The translations under genes were made by a program, and so were the position numbers. From a virus, in the IMG/VR virus record IMGVR_UViG_3300022200_000028: 64,000 nt of DNA. One strand, 5' to 3'. Every line of letters starts with the position of its first letter. The stretch's first letter is position 1. Below, piece by piece: positions 52,801 through 64,000 of this stretch. A model generated the notes under the pieces. It searched no databases. It worked only from the letters and a program-made list of their open reading frames with translations, and was not told the origin of the DNA.

Positions 52801-55800
52801 GCTGCGGATCCAATGTTTCCATTCCCAACCAGATTGTAGGCTTCTGCAATTGCGTCAACTCTTGAGAAGTGTTTAATCTCTTCTTCTGTGGAAAGTGGCT
52901 CATAAATCATTGAACCAAAATGTCTTATTCCAAATTTATTTTCAGAAAATACTAATCCCCTATTTGCATAGGCCACTGCTTCTCTGAATCTAGAGGTTCC
53001 CATTGAAAGAAGTCTTACCATTAAATCTCTTGGTTCTGATAGCCAAAGACCAGTATTTATTCCTCCATCAATCTTTCCGCTGTCACCCTTTTTGTTAGTG
53101 GAATTAACCACTGCGCCTAACTCTATTGCATCTGACTGGGCTGTTACAGTGACAATTTCTCCTTGCTCTACCTCAGTTATAGTTCCATTGAATAGCGTCT
53201 GAAGAGAATTTGGATTTGCTCCATAACCACCCCTCAGATGGACTCTTACTCCAGGTTTTAATCTTATATTCTCAATGTCTACAACGTATTCGTTTTGCAT
53301 GTGGGCAAGTATATTCCTTGCCTTATTTAATGTAACGTCAATGACTGCGGATAATCCCTCTGTTAGACCTGGATTATCTTGAACTCTTTCATCTCCATAT
53401 TGATCTAAATTGGGATTAAATATTGAACTTGCTTCTTTTCTTGAAAGCTTTGAATAAAGATTTGATAGTCTAAAAACAAGAGTGTCTCCAACTAAATCCT
53501 CAGAAGAAACTATTGAGAAGTCTATAATAGATTGAAGACCATAAAAATTGTCAAATAATTTTACGCCCGCTGTCATTCCACCCTCGTCTATTAGCCATAG
53601 CATGTAGGTGGGAAACGCTCTGAGCATTCTTCCTGAGATGTCTCTATACTGAGTATCTACTAGGGTTTTCTCCCAGTGCTCTTCAAGACTACCAGAATAC
53701 GGCTTTCCATATTCAGACATTGGCGTCAATGCGTATACTGAGCTCTTTGTATTAACCTTAGATGGATCCGAATGATCGTCTGTTATGTTTCTTCCTGTTA
53801 AAATATTACCTTTGTCTGTTTTTCTAACATTTCTACCATCTATTGTTAAATAAAATCTTCCATCTTTTTCTGTATCTGTATAGCCAAGGTAAACTTGTGA
53901 CCCTATGGTCATCATTGTTGGAATTTTTGTTGGCTCATCTTGATCTATTATTGGAAAAGTTTGCATGTTTGCTACGAAGTCTAGGTCGTCTAAACTGAAG
54001 CTAACCTCATCTTCTTCTTTTAGGCTATATTTTCCATCTAGAGCAGCTTGAATTTGGGCGAGAAGTTTTTGATTAGAGTAGTCAAGATCTCCAACCTGAT
54101 AAGGGGCAGAGCTAACAGCATTAGAGAAAGACGCTTGCGTATCATCTAGTTGTTCGCTAGCATCATATTCAATTGCATCGGTTATAAGTTTCTTATTCTT
54201 TTTGACTAATGTAAAAATAGACAAATCATTACTACTAGATCTTTCAACTAGATTTGGGTTAGTTATATATGCGTTGAAGAACGCAAGAAATGATTCATAA
54301 CTTATTTGATTTATTTGTAGATAGGTAATTACTTCATTAACCAAATCTTTTTCAATCTGGACTTTATCGCCCGCATAGTCTGCATAGTTGTAATTATTTG
54401 AATATGTTCTAATTAAATCTGTTATCTTTTGGCCCACTGGATGACTAACTAGGTCTATCGTTTGTTTGCCAATTCCTTGATTATTTCCCGGAAGGGCCAG
54501 TTGCTTTGGCCTATATTGAATATTATTTATTACATCTTTATCAAACATTTCAAAGCTTCTAAAATAAAAGTCAGGATCCAAATGACCAACTACTTCATTC
54601 TTTGCATCTTTTACTTCTAGAGGAAAATCTGGATAAGCGTTAAATATCCCCCACATTTGCTTTATTCTAAAGAATGGATTTCTCTTTGATCCAAACTCCT
54701 CTATTAATTGACGCTGCTGCTTAGACGAAAGTTTTTCTCTAGCTTGCTGGAATATATCAAAATCTAACAAAGAAATATTTACATCGTAAACATGCGGATA
54801 GTTAGGAACTGTATTTACCGAGTAATTGGATGGCAATACATATTTAACGCCAGAAAGTGCTGTGATAACATTTTTAATTCCTATGAACCCAAGAACTCCA
54901 GTGGAATGCTCTAGTCTAGATAGTGCATTCACATGATCAAAAATTCTTTTTATTTTATTAAGTTCTGATTCTCCTGTAATTCTCATTGAGATATTTATAT
55001 AAGTATCTCTTCCCCCTATATGTTGATAGGTTGGTTCGTCTTGCATTTGAAGCTGCAGTTTTGCGAGATTGTTTCCAAGTGTGACACTGACCCCAGTGAC
55101 AACTACTGAAGATGGATCTAGATCTATTTTAATCATAGGGACTTCCCATTCCCTAAAGGAGAAAGATCCACTTCTTTGTCTTGCGGCCTCCATCAAAGCT
55201 TCTATTGGAGCTGACTTAAAAAACCTTTCGTAAACGAGAATATTAAATCCATCTTTAACTTCTTGCTTAACTCTTTCTTTTAAGTCGTTATATTGTTTTG
55301 AATCTTTTTTATAGCCAAGTTTCTTTGCTTTTTCTTCTACTATCGCATCAACTTGCGAATCAATTATTGAGGTTGTATTCGTGGAAATCTTTTTAAGAAA
55401 TTGTTTTGCTTGAGAAAGGGTTATTCCATCTTCGCCACCTAAATCTTTAGATTGAAATTTATAATTTTTTGGAATAGATCCTGGAGCATTTGTTGAATCA
55501 AAATTTCTTATATATTCTGCTTCAGAACCACCTAAGTTATTTTCCTGTACAAATATCGTTGCAACATATGAATAAATTGATCTTTGAGAAGTTTTATCGC
55601 TTAAACCAGCCGTTAACAGATCTAGTGCATTTTTTAAGTGATAATAAACGCTTGGACTTACCGTTGAATTTCTTGATAATTGATATACTCCACTTAATTG
55701 GATTCCATATCCAGCTGATTCATTTAGGTCTATTCCAAAACTATTAAGAAGTTTTGCCCAGAAATCTTCTCCGGAGTCTTTTAGTAGTTTTTCTTCATCT

Positions 55801-58019
55801 GTTCTAAAAGATGTTGAATCTGGTAAAAATATTTTTGTCTGTGTTTCAGCTGGAATATAAAATGATATATTTTTTCCATCTGTCCATTCACTAATGATAT
55901 TTGTAATAAATTTTTCATCTCTATATACGCTGTCGGTTACTATTGATGCTCCATACGGAGTGACTTTATATTCTACTTCTTTTGTTCCCGGTTTTTCTTT
56001 GTCGTTAGATGTCTTCATTAAGAAAGAACCATTAACGTAATTGTGTAACGCACCCGCTGCCTTACCCATATATTGCCTGTATTTACCCCAATGTATTGCT
56101 TGGTTAAAGTCATTAATCATTGGCAGGAAGGGTTTATGATTAAAGTTTAAAAGCTCTATATCTACAGCCAGAGCAAACGGAAAGTTAGGCACTGTGGATA
56201 TAGACATGCTAGAAAGAGCAACTGCAGTTATTCCATGAATTCTATTTAAATAATCATTTCTTATTGGCAAAAACGGCGAATATTTAAATGCAGCTATTAA
56301 ACCTCTAAGCGAAGAAAGAAACTTATCTATTTTTTGATTACTTGATCCATCAGAACCAAAGTCGATTTGAAAATTATCATTCAAAGTTATTTTAGAGGCG
56401 TCGTCAATTGATATTCCCCAAATTTCTTCATAGTTTGGAAAGAACAACTTAATTCTAATAGAAGTTTCTTTGTAGCCTGAATTAAATTTTGGACTACTTT
56501 TTTGCCTCAATGCACCACCGGTCAAGCTGCCTGTTTTGAAAAACGTGTTAATGTCTATTGTCAACGGTGGAACGTAAAAATTTGAAGCGCCCAAACGAAG
56601 ATGGAATATATCTGGAGAAGTAGGCTGAATATTAGCCCTATAAGGAGAAGCGTCTAACGCCGCTTTCATTTTTTTAGCTGTGTTTTCGTAATTAGCTGCT
56701 AATTGAAATATAGATCCAGTGATGTCTTTTCCATTAAAGTCTACGGTTCTGCCAAATGCTTTTTCTAAAGATTTAATAAAATCTTGTAAGCTGTTTACTG
56801 TATCTTCTTCTCCGCCACCCCTGCCACCGTTTGAATAGTCTACAGTTACTGCTATGGATTCAAAAAAGAAACTAACTAAACTTGGAAAATACGCATTAAC
56901 TATGCCAAGGGTTATCGGATCTCTAGATAAATATTGAACTGCTTCATTCAATTGGGATAGCCACGGCAAGTCTCTTACTGGATCTTGTGAGTCCAATGGA
57001 GATCTCTTGAGTTGCTCTACCGAAGAAAGTCTTTGACGGGCAAATTCCGATATTGAGCCCGCATACGACGCCAATCTCAGTAGGCCGCTTTGCTCAATTT
57101 TACTAAACAAAGAATTTAATGCAACACTATTGAGCGTAGAAGCTCTTTCTATTTCAGCTCCTCTAAAAGTTCCCGAAAAAAAATTCTTTTTTGTTTCAGA
57201 GATTAGATTAATATTTGATTCTAAAAATGCTTTCTGAATTAATCCACTATAAATTGATTCTACTTGACTATTATTGTCATTATTTTTATTGATTGCTGCC
57301 CTAATGAAATCACCTAAAGCAGTGCTCTCTTCGACTAAATAAGAGGTTGGTTCCCATTCGTATTCTTCTGTTAAAAACGCCTTTTCAAGTTCGATTAAAA
57401 ATTGTTCATCAGTTCTATTTGCTCTTCCTTCTTTTGCTTTTATCCAATTGTTTACTCGGGTAGCCATTGCGTATTTGACTATTAGAGCTATAGATGTAGC
57501 TTCTCCTGCACTTGGGAATTTTTTGTATGTTCTTCCACTTGCGTTTGTTTCGTAGAACGCATCATATTTATAGAAATAAGTATCATAAAAATGTTTTCTT
57601 ATTTCACTTGGAGTATTTAGTGCCGCTTCTTTATGTAAATTCTTGTAGTATCTCTGTACACTCTCACTTATATCTATATCAAAATTATGTTTTCCATCTG
57701 CTAGTATAAATTCATTTACACAAGCGTTAAGTGTGCCGATTAGAAAATCGTCATCAGGATCAAAGGTAAATATTTTTTTAGGAGAATCTGATAACGCAAA
57801 TTCGAGAAGATCTCTTTCCTCTCCTTTTGTTCCAAGTCTAGTTGAGAACTGTCCGCTATTTAGGAAGCTTTCAAAATCATCTAAAGTCCTATTGCTGATA
57901 ATTAGTTTAAATGGGCCACTCAAAAAAGCTTGTACGCCTATTATTTCTTTGACGCCATTTTGCGTTTGAGAATATAAAGAATTTAAGTAGTTTATTGTTG
58001 TTAAACTTATATTCGACAT
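46873..58019 (-). CDS. ~3,714-aa virion polypeptide (tail/baseplate) requiring two +1 frameshifts, CGG 51501-51503 and CGG 48431-48433
   Basis: ORF 51486..58019 -> (GVc|GKGLINYDDVNVRTTEATDRRAAYTSAIQQVYG..., 74 open codons) -> ORF 48422..51280 -> (MMc|GGLKFTHGASALVKDVVAS, 19 codons) -> ORF 46873..48375. Internal tail-hub-like stretches IRLKPGVRVHLRGGYG...LFNGTITEVEQG and DLVYIADVYERMYGIFEVEQVIHHF. Confidence 0.75.
48431..48433 (-). promoter_or_regulatory. CGG +1 frameshift site (giant virion protein, second)
   Basis: ATG ATG CGG AGG -> ATG c GGA GGA CTT. Confidence 0.85.
51501..51503 (-). promoter_or_regulatory. CGG +1 frameshift site (giant virion protein, first)
   Basis: GGC GTA CGG AAA -> GTA c GGA AAA GGT. 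Confidence 0.85.
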
Positions 58020-58022
58020 ATT

Positions 58023-58472
58023 TTACACTAGGTTGTTTCTTTTGTTAATTTCTTTTATTCTTTCAGAAGAAGAACTGCTTTCGCCAATTCTAGCATTGTT
58101 ATTCATTATACTAGATCTACCTGGTTTTGTAAATGATAATGAACTTGCAGCTCCGGCGTGACTAGCCGTTGCTTTATTGTATCTTGCTTTTTGTACGCTT
58201 GGATTTAAATATCCAGAATTATTCATTTGTATGTGGGTTGCCGCACCGTGCATGTACCCCTCAAAGGAGCCTTTTACTGGATCTGATTTTGTGGGTCTTT
58301 GTGAGTGGCTGACTGATTTTGGACCAGACTCGTCAGCTCCTACTGAAGTATTTTTACTTGATGCAATAGCAGCTGCATACTTATTTGATGTTTCGGTTCT
58401 TGGAGATGTATCTACCCTTTTTGAGGCGGCATCTTTTAGATTTTTATTTTGTGTGTCTGCACCAAAAATCAT
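58023..58472 (-). CDS. hypothetical structural-module protein
   Basis: 149-aa ORF. Confidence 0.5.
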   Translation of the reverse strand: MIFGADTQNKNLKDAASKRVDTSPRTETSNKYAAAIASSKNTSVGADESGPKSVSHSQRPTKSDPVKGSFEGYMHGAATHIQMNNSGYLNPSVQKARYNKATASHAGAASSLSFTKPGRSSIMNNNARIGESSSSSERIKEINKRNNLV

Positions 58473-58484
58473 AATAAACTAACC

Positions 58485-61400
58485 TTAAAACGAGCTTGCA
58501 AGCTGCTGATATGGATCTCTACCAACTTCTGGGATCCCTGAATATATAGTAGTATCCATATCAAAGTTTCCTAATCCGATAGCCATGTCTTCAAAGTTTC
58601 TGACCGCTCCCCTATTTCCATATAGATTAACTTTATAGCTCATTCCAGGGTTATATGAAATCGTTCCTAATTGAGGGATTTCTGGAGCTCTTTGAGGATA
58701 TTGGCTTTCATAGGCGGATCCTCCAGGCAGTAGTGGAGGCCCTTTTATTGAATCTTCTGTTCTATCTTTAAATCCTTGATACGCAAAGCTGGCCGCTATT
58801 AGGGCAGTGGCGCCGTATATAGAATTTCTAAACAATTTGTTTTCAGAAAATAGTTCTTTTAATCTTCCTGATTTAATATAATCAGAAAATCTAGTAAATT
58901 TTGTTTTAGTAAACGCAGAATAATCCTCGCCATCCAAAGCTAAATCTAATCCCTCCCTGAAACTTTTGCCAGTTGTCGTGTCTCCAGAATAAGCTGCTTG
59001 ACCCAGCGCTATATCTGATTGGTAGACTTGTTCAGCTATTTGAGATCTAGCTATTCCTGCCTCTCTATTTATCTGCCTTACTCTTTCCGCATCAAGTTCA
59101 AGATCACGTCCGGCCATAACTGAAGCTATATTTCTAACCTCTTCACTTAGTCCTGTTGTATCATCTATCATTTGTTTTAAAACTTTTTTACTGATTCTTT
59201 CTTCATTAATCACATCTCCTTCATCTAAGAGCCTACGAACTTCAGCGTCTCTTCTTAGCCCATACTCTGAAACTGCTTGTGTGACATTTGAGGATACTTG
59301 AGATGAAAAAAATTGAGCTTGTCTACTGACTGTTGCCGCTCCAATCATGCTTAAGAAAGTTTTTTCACTGCCTTCTTCTGGCATATACAGTAGCCTGGAT
59401 ATGTCAAATCTTCTTCCTCTTCCGGATCTCATTTCAGCGGAAACTTTTTCTACTGCGTTTATCATTTCCGTCAAGCTAACACCTGTCGCTTTTGAGGCGT
59501 CTTTTATCTCATTTTCAACAATTCTACCTAGTCTAAGTTTTTGCGCTTTATTGTTATATGTATCTATATTTTCTAATTTAGATAAGTCTACAGACATCAA
59601 TTCATTAAATTCTTCAACGTTTCTTCTAACTATATATTCGGCGGCTTTTCTTGCATTGTCCGAAACTTGAAGCGAAGAAAGTGCTGCGTCTTCAGTTATG
59701 CCTGCTAAAGACAGTCTTCTCATTATATCAAATTCTGCTTGTACTCTGGCAGCAGTTGCATTCACTTTTGCAAGGGACGCATACTTGTGTTTTTCATTTA
59801 GCCCAAATATTTGCAACACAGTATTTCTTTGAACATCGTAATCTTGCCCCATAGAATCAAGAGTTTTCTTTAATTTTGTAATTTCCTCACCCTCGAGGCT
59901 GCCCGCTGCAATTGTGTCATTTATGCCTTGTTTAATTCCTTTTATAAATCTTTCTACATCTTGCGACGATAGTCTATCTTCTAATAAAATTTCATCAATT
60001 CCTAAAAATAAATCTTCAGAAAACTTTCCTGCATATTTACTTGATCTAACTATTGCAGCCCCTGACCCAATTCTCATTCCAAGTCTTTCTATAGCGGTTT
60101 CTCCAACAAGATCCAGGGTCACATTTGCGGCGTCTCCATATCCCAGAGCTTTTAACGCGGCTTTTTGTGCTGCGGCAACATTTGTTACTCCACCTTCCAG
60201 TAAGCTAGATATTCTATTTAATTGATCTCTTACTGGAGCAAGGGCAAATTTATTTGATCCAAAGTTAATTGTACTGTCAATTGCTTCTTCTGAGCTTAAA
60301 AGACCAATTCCATATTTCATGAATTGTTTTAATTCGCCACTTCCTCCACCTATTTTCATTAACTCAGCAAGAAAACCATCCAACTGCTTAAGGCTAGATC
60401 CAACAACCATTGATCTGTTTACATAAACTCCAAGAAAGTTTCCATCTGCTCCGGCAGAGCTGAGCATTTTGTTAAAAATGGAATGAGACGCAAAAGCATT
60501 TAGTGCTTTGTTGTCTGAATTGTCTTTAATAAAATCTACAAACGCGTTGTTTCTTGCTTCTCCATCTGTCATATTCAGTATTTCTTTAATTCTACTAGAC
60601 ATAGAAGGACCCAAGGTTGATTTATGTTGATCCAATATGCTTAGAGCTTCATCAGATATTGGAGCGACATCAAACGCTCCTTCTTCTTTAAATAACTTAT
60701 AGATTTCGCTTCTCTTATATAAATCTGTGTTTCTTAAAGCTGAAGCTCCACTTGTTGCTATATCTTGAAGTGTTTGAGATGTAGCCTTTTTGATTGTTCG
60801 ACCAGAAGCTTCGTAGACTTTAAAAATCAAATTTTCTACATACTCTTCTGTAATTTGATTTGTTTTTTTAGCGCCTATATCGGATAGATATTCGTTTAAA
60901 CCCTTTTTCCCATATGCTCCTCGAAGACCTTCTGGAACTTTTCCGGATATTAGTGCACGAAGAACTTCTGCTTCATGTCTGTTTATTTTTCCAGATTTAG
61001 TGTCTATTATTTCTTCAAGTTGTGCCATAAATTTTTCATTTTGACCAAATATTGATCTTATTGTTTCTAAATCGTCTAATCTTGCTCTGCCATATATGAC
61101 TTCGTCTACACCAGAAGGCTGTCTTGTTATTCCAAATAGAAGTTTTTGCTTTCCACCTTCACCCATAAAAGACTCTAACTTAAACAATCCTTTATCGTCT
61201 AAGTCAAAACCACCAAGAGCATTGAAAAACTCTGGAATCATTCCAGGTCCAAATAACATCTTGTGTCCACTGACTCTAAATTTTAATAAATCAGCTGTTA
61301 CTTCAGTGTCATCTGCTAATTTAAATATTGTTTTTTCTATTCCATTTACTGTTCTATTTCCTTTATTTCCACCCGGTAAACCTTCAAGAACTTCCGAGGC

Positions 61401-63318
61401 TAGCGCATATCTTTGAACTCCTGGAACTACTGGGTAGTATCTTTCTACTCCAGCTGAAGACATTCTCATCGTAAAAGCCTCTGATGCAAACACATTCGCA
61501 AGCAGGTTCATCATTTCTGGAGAGCTTTTTGGGCCTATTCCCGATTGATGAAGTTCAAATATTCTTCTTATGAAATCTCTGTTTCTATCTTTTGACAATC
61601 TTATTGAAGCTGGTAAATTTGAAGAATCTTCTAACAACGTTTGTTGCATCATTGTTCGAACTTTTTCTGGGATAGTGTTGGTTTCTATTGCGTTTTTAAA
61701 GTCTTGCATGACTTCAGCTGAATACTGAGTCATTTTTTCTATATCTTCTGGAGAAGAATAAAGATCTGGATGAAAAGCTACAGTTACTGGATCTGCGTAG
61801 ACTTGAGATTTTGGAATACCAAACCCACTCATTTGTATAAATTCTAAACCTTTAGCTAAACCAATTTCCGATTTTTTTCCAGATGCGCCTATTATTTGAT
61901 ATATATTTTCAAAACCTTTTCCAAGATCTCTTATGTCATAAGCTACTTTTATTAATCCATCATCAGTAAATCCTCTACCAGTTACTTGATATAAGTTTTC
62001 AGCGTCTTGAACCATACTAAGTTGCTCTGTTAGTTCTAGCAATCTTACTTGTGCGTTTTGTTGTTCAATCTTACTTAGCGTTCCAGAATTAATACTTTCT
62101 CTAAGATTTTTTACGTTTTGTCTCATTTCCCTTTTTGCATATTCAAAGTATTTTCTGTTAAAAATAGCGTTACCATCAAATTCTAGTTCGGCGTCTTTCA
62201 TGAATTTACTAAACATTTGTTTTTCTAATTCAGTTGCCCCAGACTTATCTATTGCCTGAATTAATTCTTTATTGGTTCTTGACTTTTGTATTAAGTCCTT
62301 AATTTCTTTTCTTTTAAGGAACTTTGCAATAAAAGATTCTGGATCACCTATTATTGCTCTTTGAGATGAATCTAAAGATTCAAATTGCCTTCTAAATGAA
62401 GATTCAACAACTTCTTTTGTAAGATCTTTTTTTAGGACTTTCATTTCAAGTCTATTTTGACTGCCTACATTCAAATATTTTTGAAGAAAATGTAAACCTT
62501 CTTCTATTACTAATTCTTCTGGAGCTCCCTTAAGCTTAAATTCCTTAGCTGCTCCGAAGTAATGTATCCATAGTTATGGTCAGATCTCTATCTCCAACTA
62601 TACCTCTAACTCTTTTTCCAAGCTTAGACATATAATCTTCTATAAGTCCCCCACCAGCTAAGGTGCTCATTAATTTTTTATTATCCAATAATGGGTTTCC
62701 TGCTGCCGCTAGCATAAAATACGTTTGTGCTTCTGTTAGTATTTTTTCTCCTACCCTAAATTGCATAAGAGTAGCGCCATCTTTGTCTATTATTGGAATA
62801 AAACCTTGACCTGATTCTCTCAATCTTTGAAAGAAATCAATTGGCCTTACTCCTCTTTGATTTTTTATTGTAGCTAAATTTACACTTAACTCTTCTCCAG
62901 ATAGAGTTGCTTGTGAGATTCCCATTGATTCTAGTTGTTTTAGTGTTGCAGTATCCGTTATACCTCTTAGGTTTTTTTGAATATTTAGAAGAATATCTCC
63001 AATGGCAGCATTTTGAGTTGGATTATTGTTAAGTATGTTTCCGGTAGAATTTGATCTTCCAAGATTTAAAATTGATCCAGATACTGGCTTAATGCTTGCA
63101 AACTGAGTAAACATCATAGTGCTTGCTGCAGTAAATGCCTCTTCTACCGTTTGCTTTACTTCTCCAGTAGCATTAATAATGAATTCTACTGCTTGAGTTT
63201 TCGGATTAAGCTCAACTCTTACTACGTTATTTCTTCCGCCAAATGCTGTTGACCTAAGGGCGTACTGTGCGGCAAGAAGTCTTTCTTCCGGTTTTTTAAA
63301 AAAGTCTAGTATGCCCAC
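58485..63318 (-). CDS. ~1,610-aa virion protein, expressed by +1 frameshift at CGG 62554-62556
   Basis: ORF 62545..63318 ends RDLTITMDTLL-CGG; +1 frame reads GAAKEFKLKGAPEELVIEEGLHFLQKYLNVGSQNRLEMKVLKKDL into ORF 58485..62474 (whose track start is TTG). Confidence 0.8.
62554..62556 (-). promoter_or_regulatory. CGG +1 frameshift site (virion protein)
   Basis: TTA CTT CGG AGC -> CTT c GGA GCA GCT. Confidence 0.85.
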
Positions 63319-64000
63319 TATCTAACTCCTGCAGATATGCTTATTTGATTTTGGCCAAAAGTATTTATAACTGGAGTTACAGTTCCACTAATTCCTGCTC
63401 CAGCTAAAAGAGCTCTTAACTTGTATAGAGTATCTTGCCTATCTTCGCCTGTTCCAAATGTTGGATAGCTTGGATTTGCTAAATTAGCTTGCTTTATCTG
63501 CTGTGGATAGTAACCCATTTGAGACATCTCCAGTCCCATCTGTTGTCCTATTTTTATTTTAACATGGTCCATGTTTGTATTTGGGTGCCATCCTTCCCAA
63601 GATAAATCTGGAAGCTCATGTCTGCTAAAATACTCAACTAAATCTGGTCTCTTTTCTACATCTCTACCCCAGGCGGCTTGATATATTCTTCTTTCTAATC
63701 TTCCTGCCGTTGACAGAATTCTATCTCTTTCATTTTCTGGAGCATTAATCATCTCCATAAAATGCTCTCTTTTTCTTTTTGGAATTGCCAAAGAAAGAGT
63801 GTCTACCGAAGCTCCATATAAATCTGCTCCATACATAGTTCTTTTTGCAGCTTGTCTAAATTGATTGGCGGCTCCTGAGTCTCCAGCTTCCTGGGCCATT
63901 GCAGCCAGTCTGGTATTCTTAACATAGGTTAAAATATCAGAATATTCTTCTAATGCAAGTTCTTTCTTTCTTTGTTGTGGAATAAATCTTTCGCCAGTTA
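63318..64000 (-). CDS. hypothetical virion protein, 5' end outside window
   Basis: Frame open to window edge: ...TGERFIPQQRKKELALEEYSDILTYVKNTRLAAMAQEAGDSGAANQFRQAAKR... Confidence 0.6.
   Translation of the reverse strand, partial: TGERFIPQQRKKELALEEYSDILTYVKNTRLAAMAQEAGDSGAANQFRQAAKRTMYGADLYGASVDTLSLAIPKRKREHFMEMINAPENERDRILSTAGRLERRIYQAAWGRDVEKRPDLVEYFSRHELPDLSWEGWHPNTNMDHVKIKIGQQMGLEMSQMGYYPQQIKQANLANPSYPTFGTGEDRQDTLYKLRALLAGAGISGTVTPVINTFGQNQISISAGVR

Noticed and set aside
1431-62034. Plus-strand ORFs of 60-132 aa throughout the track
   Set aside because: They lie antisense inside well-supported minus-strand genes, are low complexity or hydrophobic shadows, and show no recognisable domains or spacing.
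1-64000. Explaining the split genes as sequencing or assembly indels
   Set aside because: All ten breaks involve the same codon in the same frame with the same +1 correction, while many out-of-frame CGG trinucleotides cause no break. Random homopolymer or motif-specific base-calling errors would not respect reading frame. Raw reads should still be checked.
1-64000. CRISPR array, diversity-generating retroelement, inteins or group I introns causing the gene splits
   Set aside because: No direct repeats with spacers, no reverse transcriptase or template/variable repeat pair, and the split genes are contiguous with only one extra nucleotide at each junction, so no intervening sequence exists.
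1-64000. Stop codon reassignment (e.g. UGA read as Gly or Trp)
   Set aside because: UGA ends several genes with normal ATGA overlaps (e.g. rnhA, dnaE, 9899..10066), and the recoding junctions involve CGG with a frame change, not an in-frame stop.

Overview
The window is an AT-rich segment of a large tailed (myovirus-like) phage genome. Almost every gene lies on the minus strand. From left to right it carries a nucleotide and replication module: NMP-kinase-like protein, RNase H, sigma factor, PD-(D/E)XK nucleases, DNA polymerase III alpha, archaeo-eukaryotic-type primase, HD protein, DnaB-like helicase, pyrimidine-dimer glycosylase, SNase, two GT2 glycosyltransferases, ThyX and class II RNR. 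A long baseplate/tail/virion module follows (about 21-64 kb). The main discovery is a systematic recoding signal. Ten gene breaks in this window, where a conserved protein is split over two overlapping or adjacent frames, occur exactly at an in-frame CGG codon. Each is repaired by a +1 shift, read as NNN-C-GGN. An eleventh in-frame CGG, near the 3' end of an already shifted nuclease gene, fits the same rule. I went through the long CDSs by eye and found no in-frame CGG used as an ordinary Arg codon. Out-of-frame CGG trinucleotides are common and never break a frame, which argues against sequencing or assembly error and for a translational, frame-aware event. Affected genes include the sigma factor, Cas4/RecB-like nuclease, DnaE, primase, the peptidoglycan-binding tail protein, a ~1,600-aa virion protein, the M15/lysozyme-like tail protein, a ~3,714-aa virion polypeptide requiring two shifts, and a ~1,610-aa virion protein. 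Possible mechanisms are an unassigned or starved CGG codon causing +1 slippage, or a dedicated quadruplet-decoding tRNA such as a tRNA-Gly reading CGGN. Secondary observations are a lone plus-strand 56-aa gene with its own strong terminator, small unannotated ORFs, and a short domain present in two genes. Tail gene function calls are tentative.
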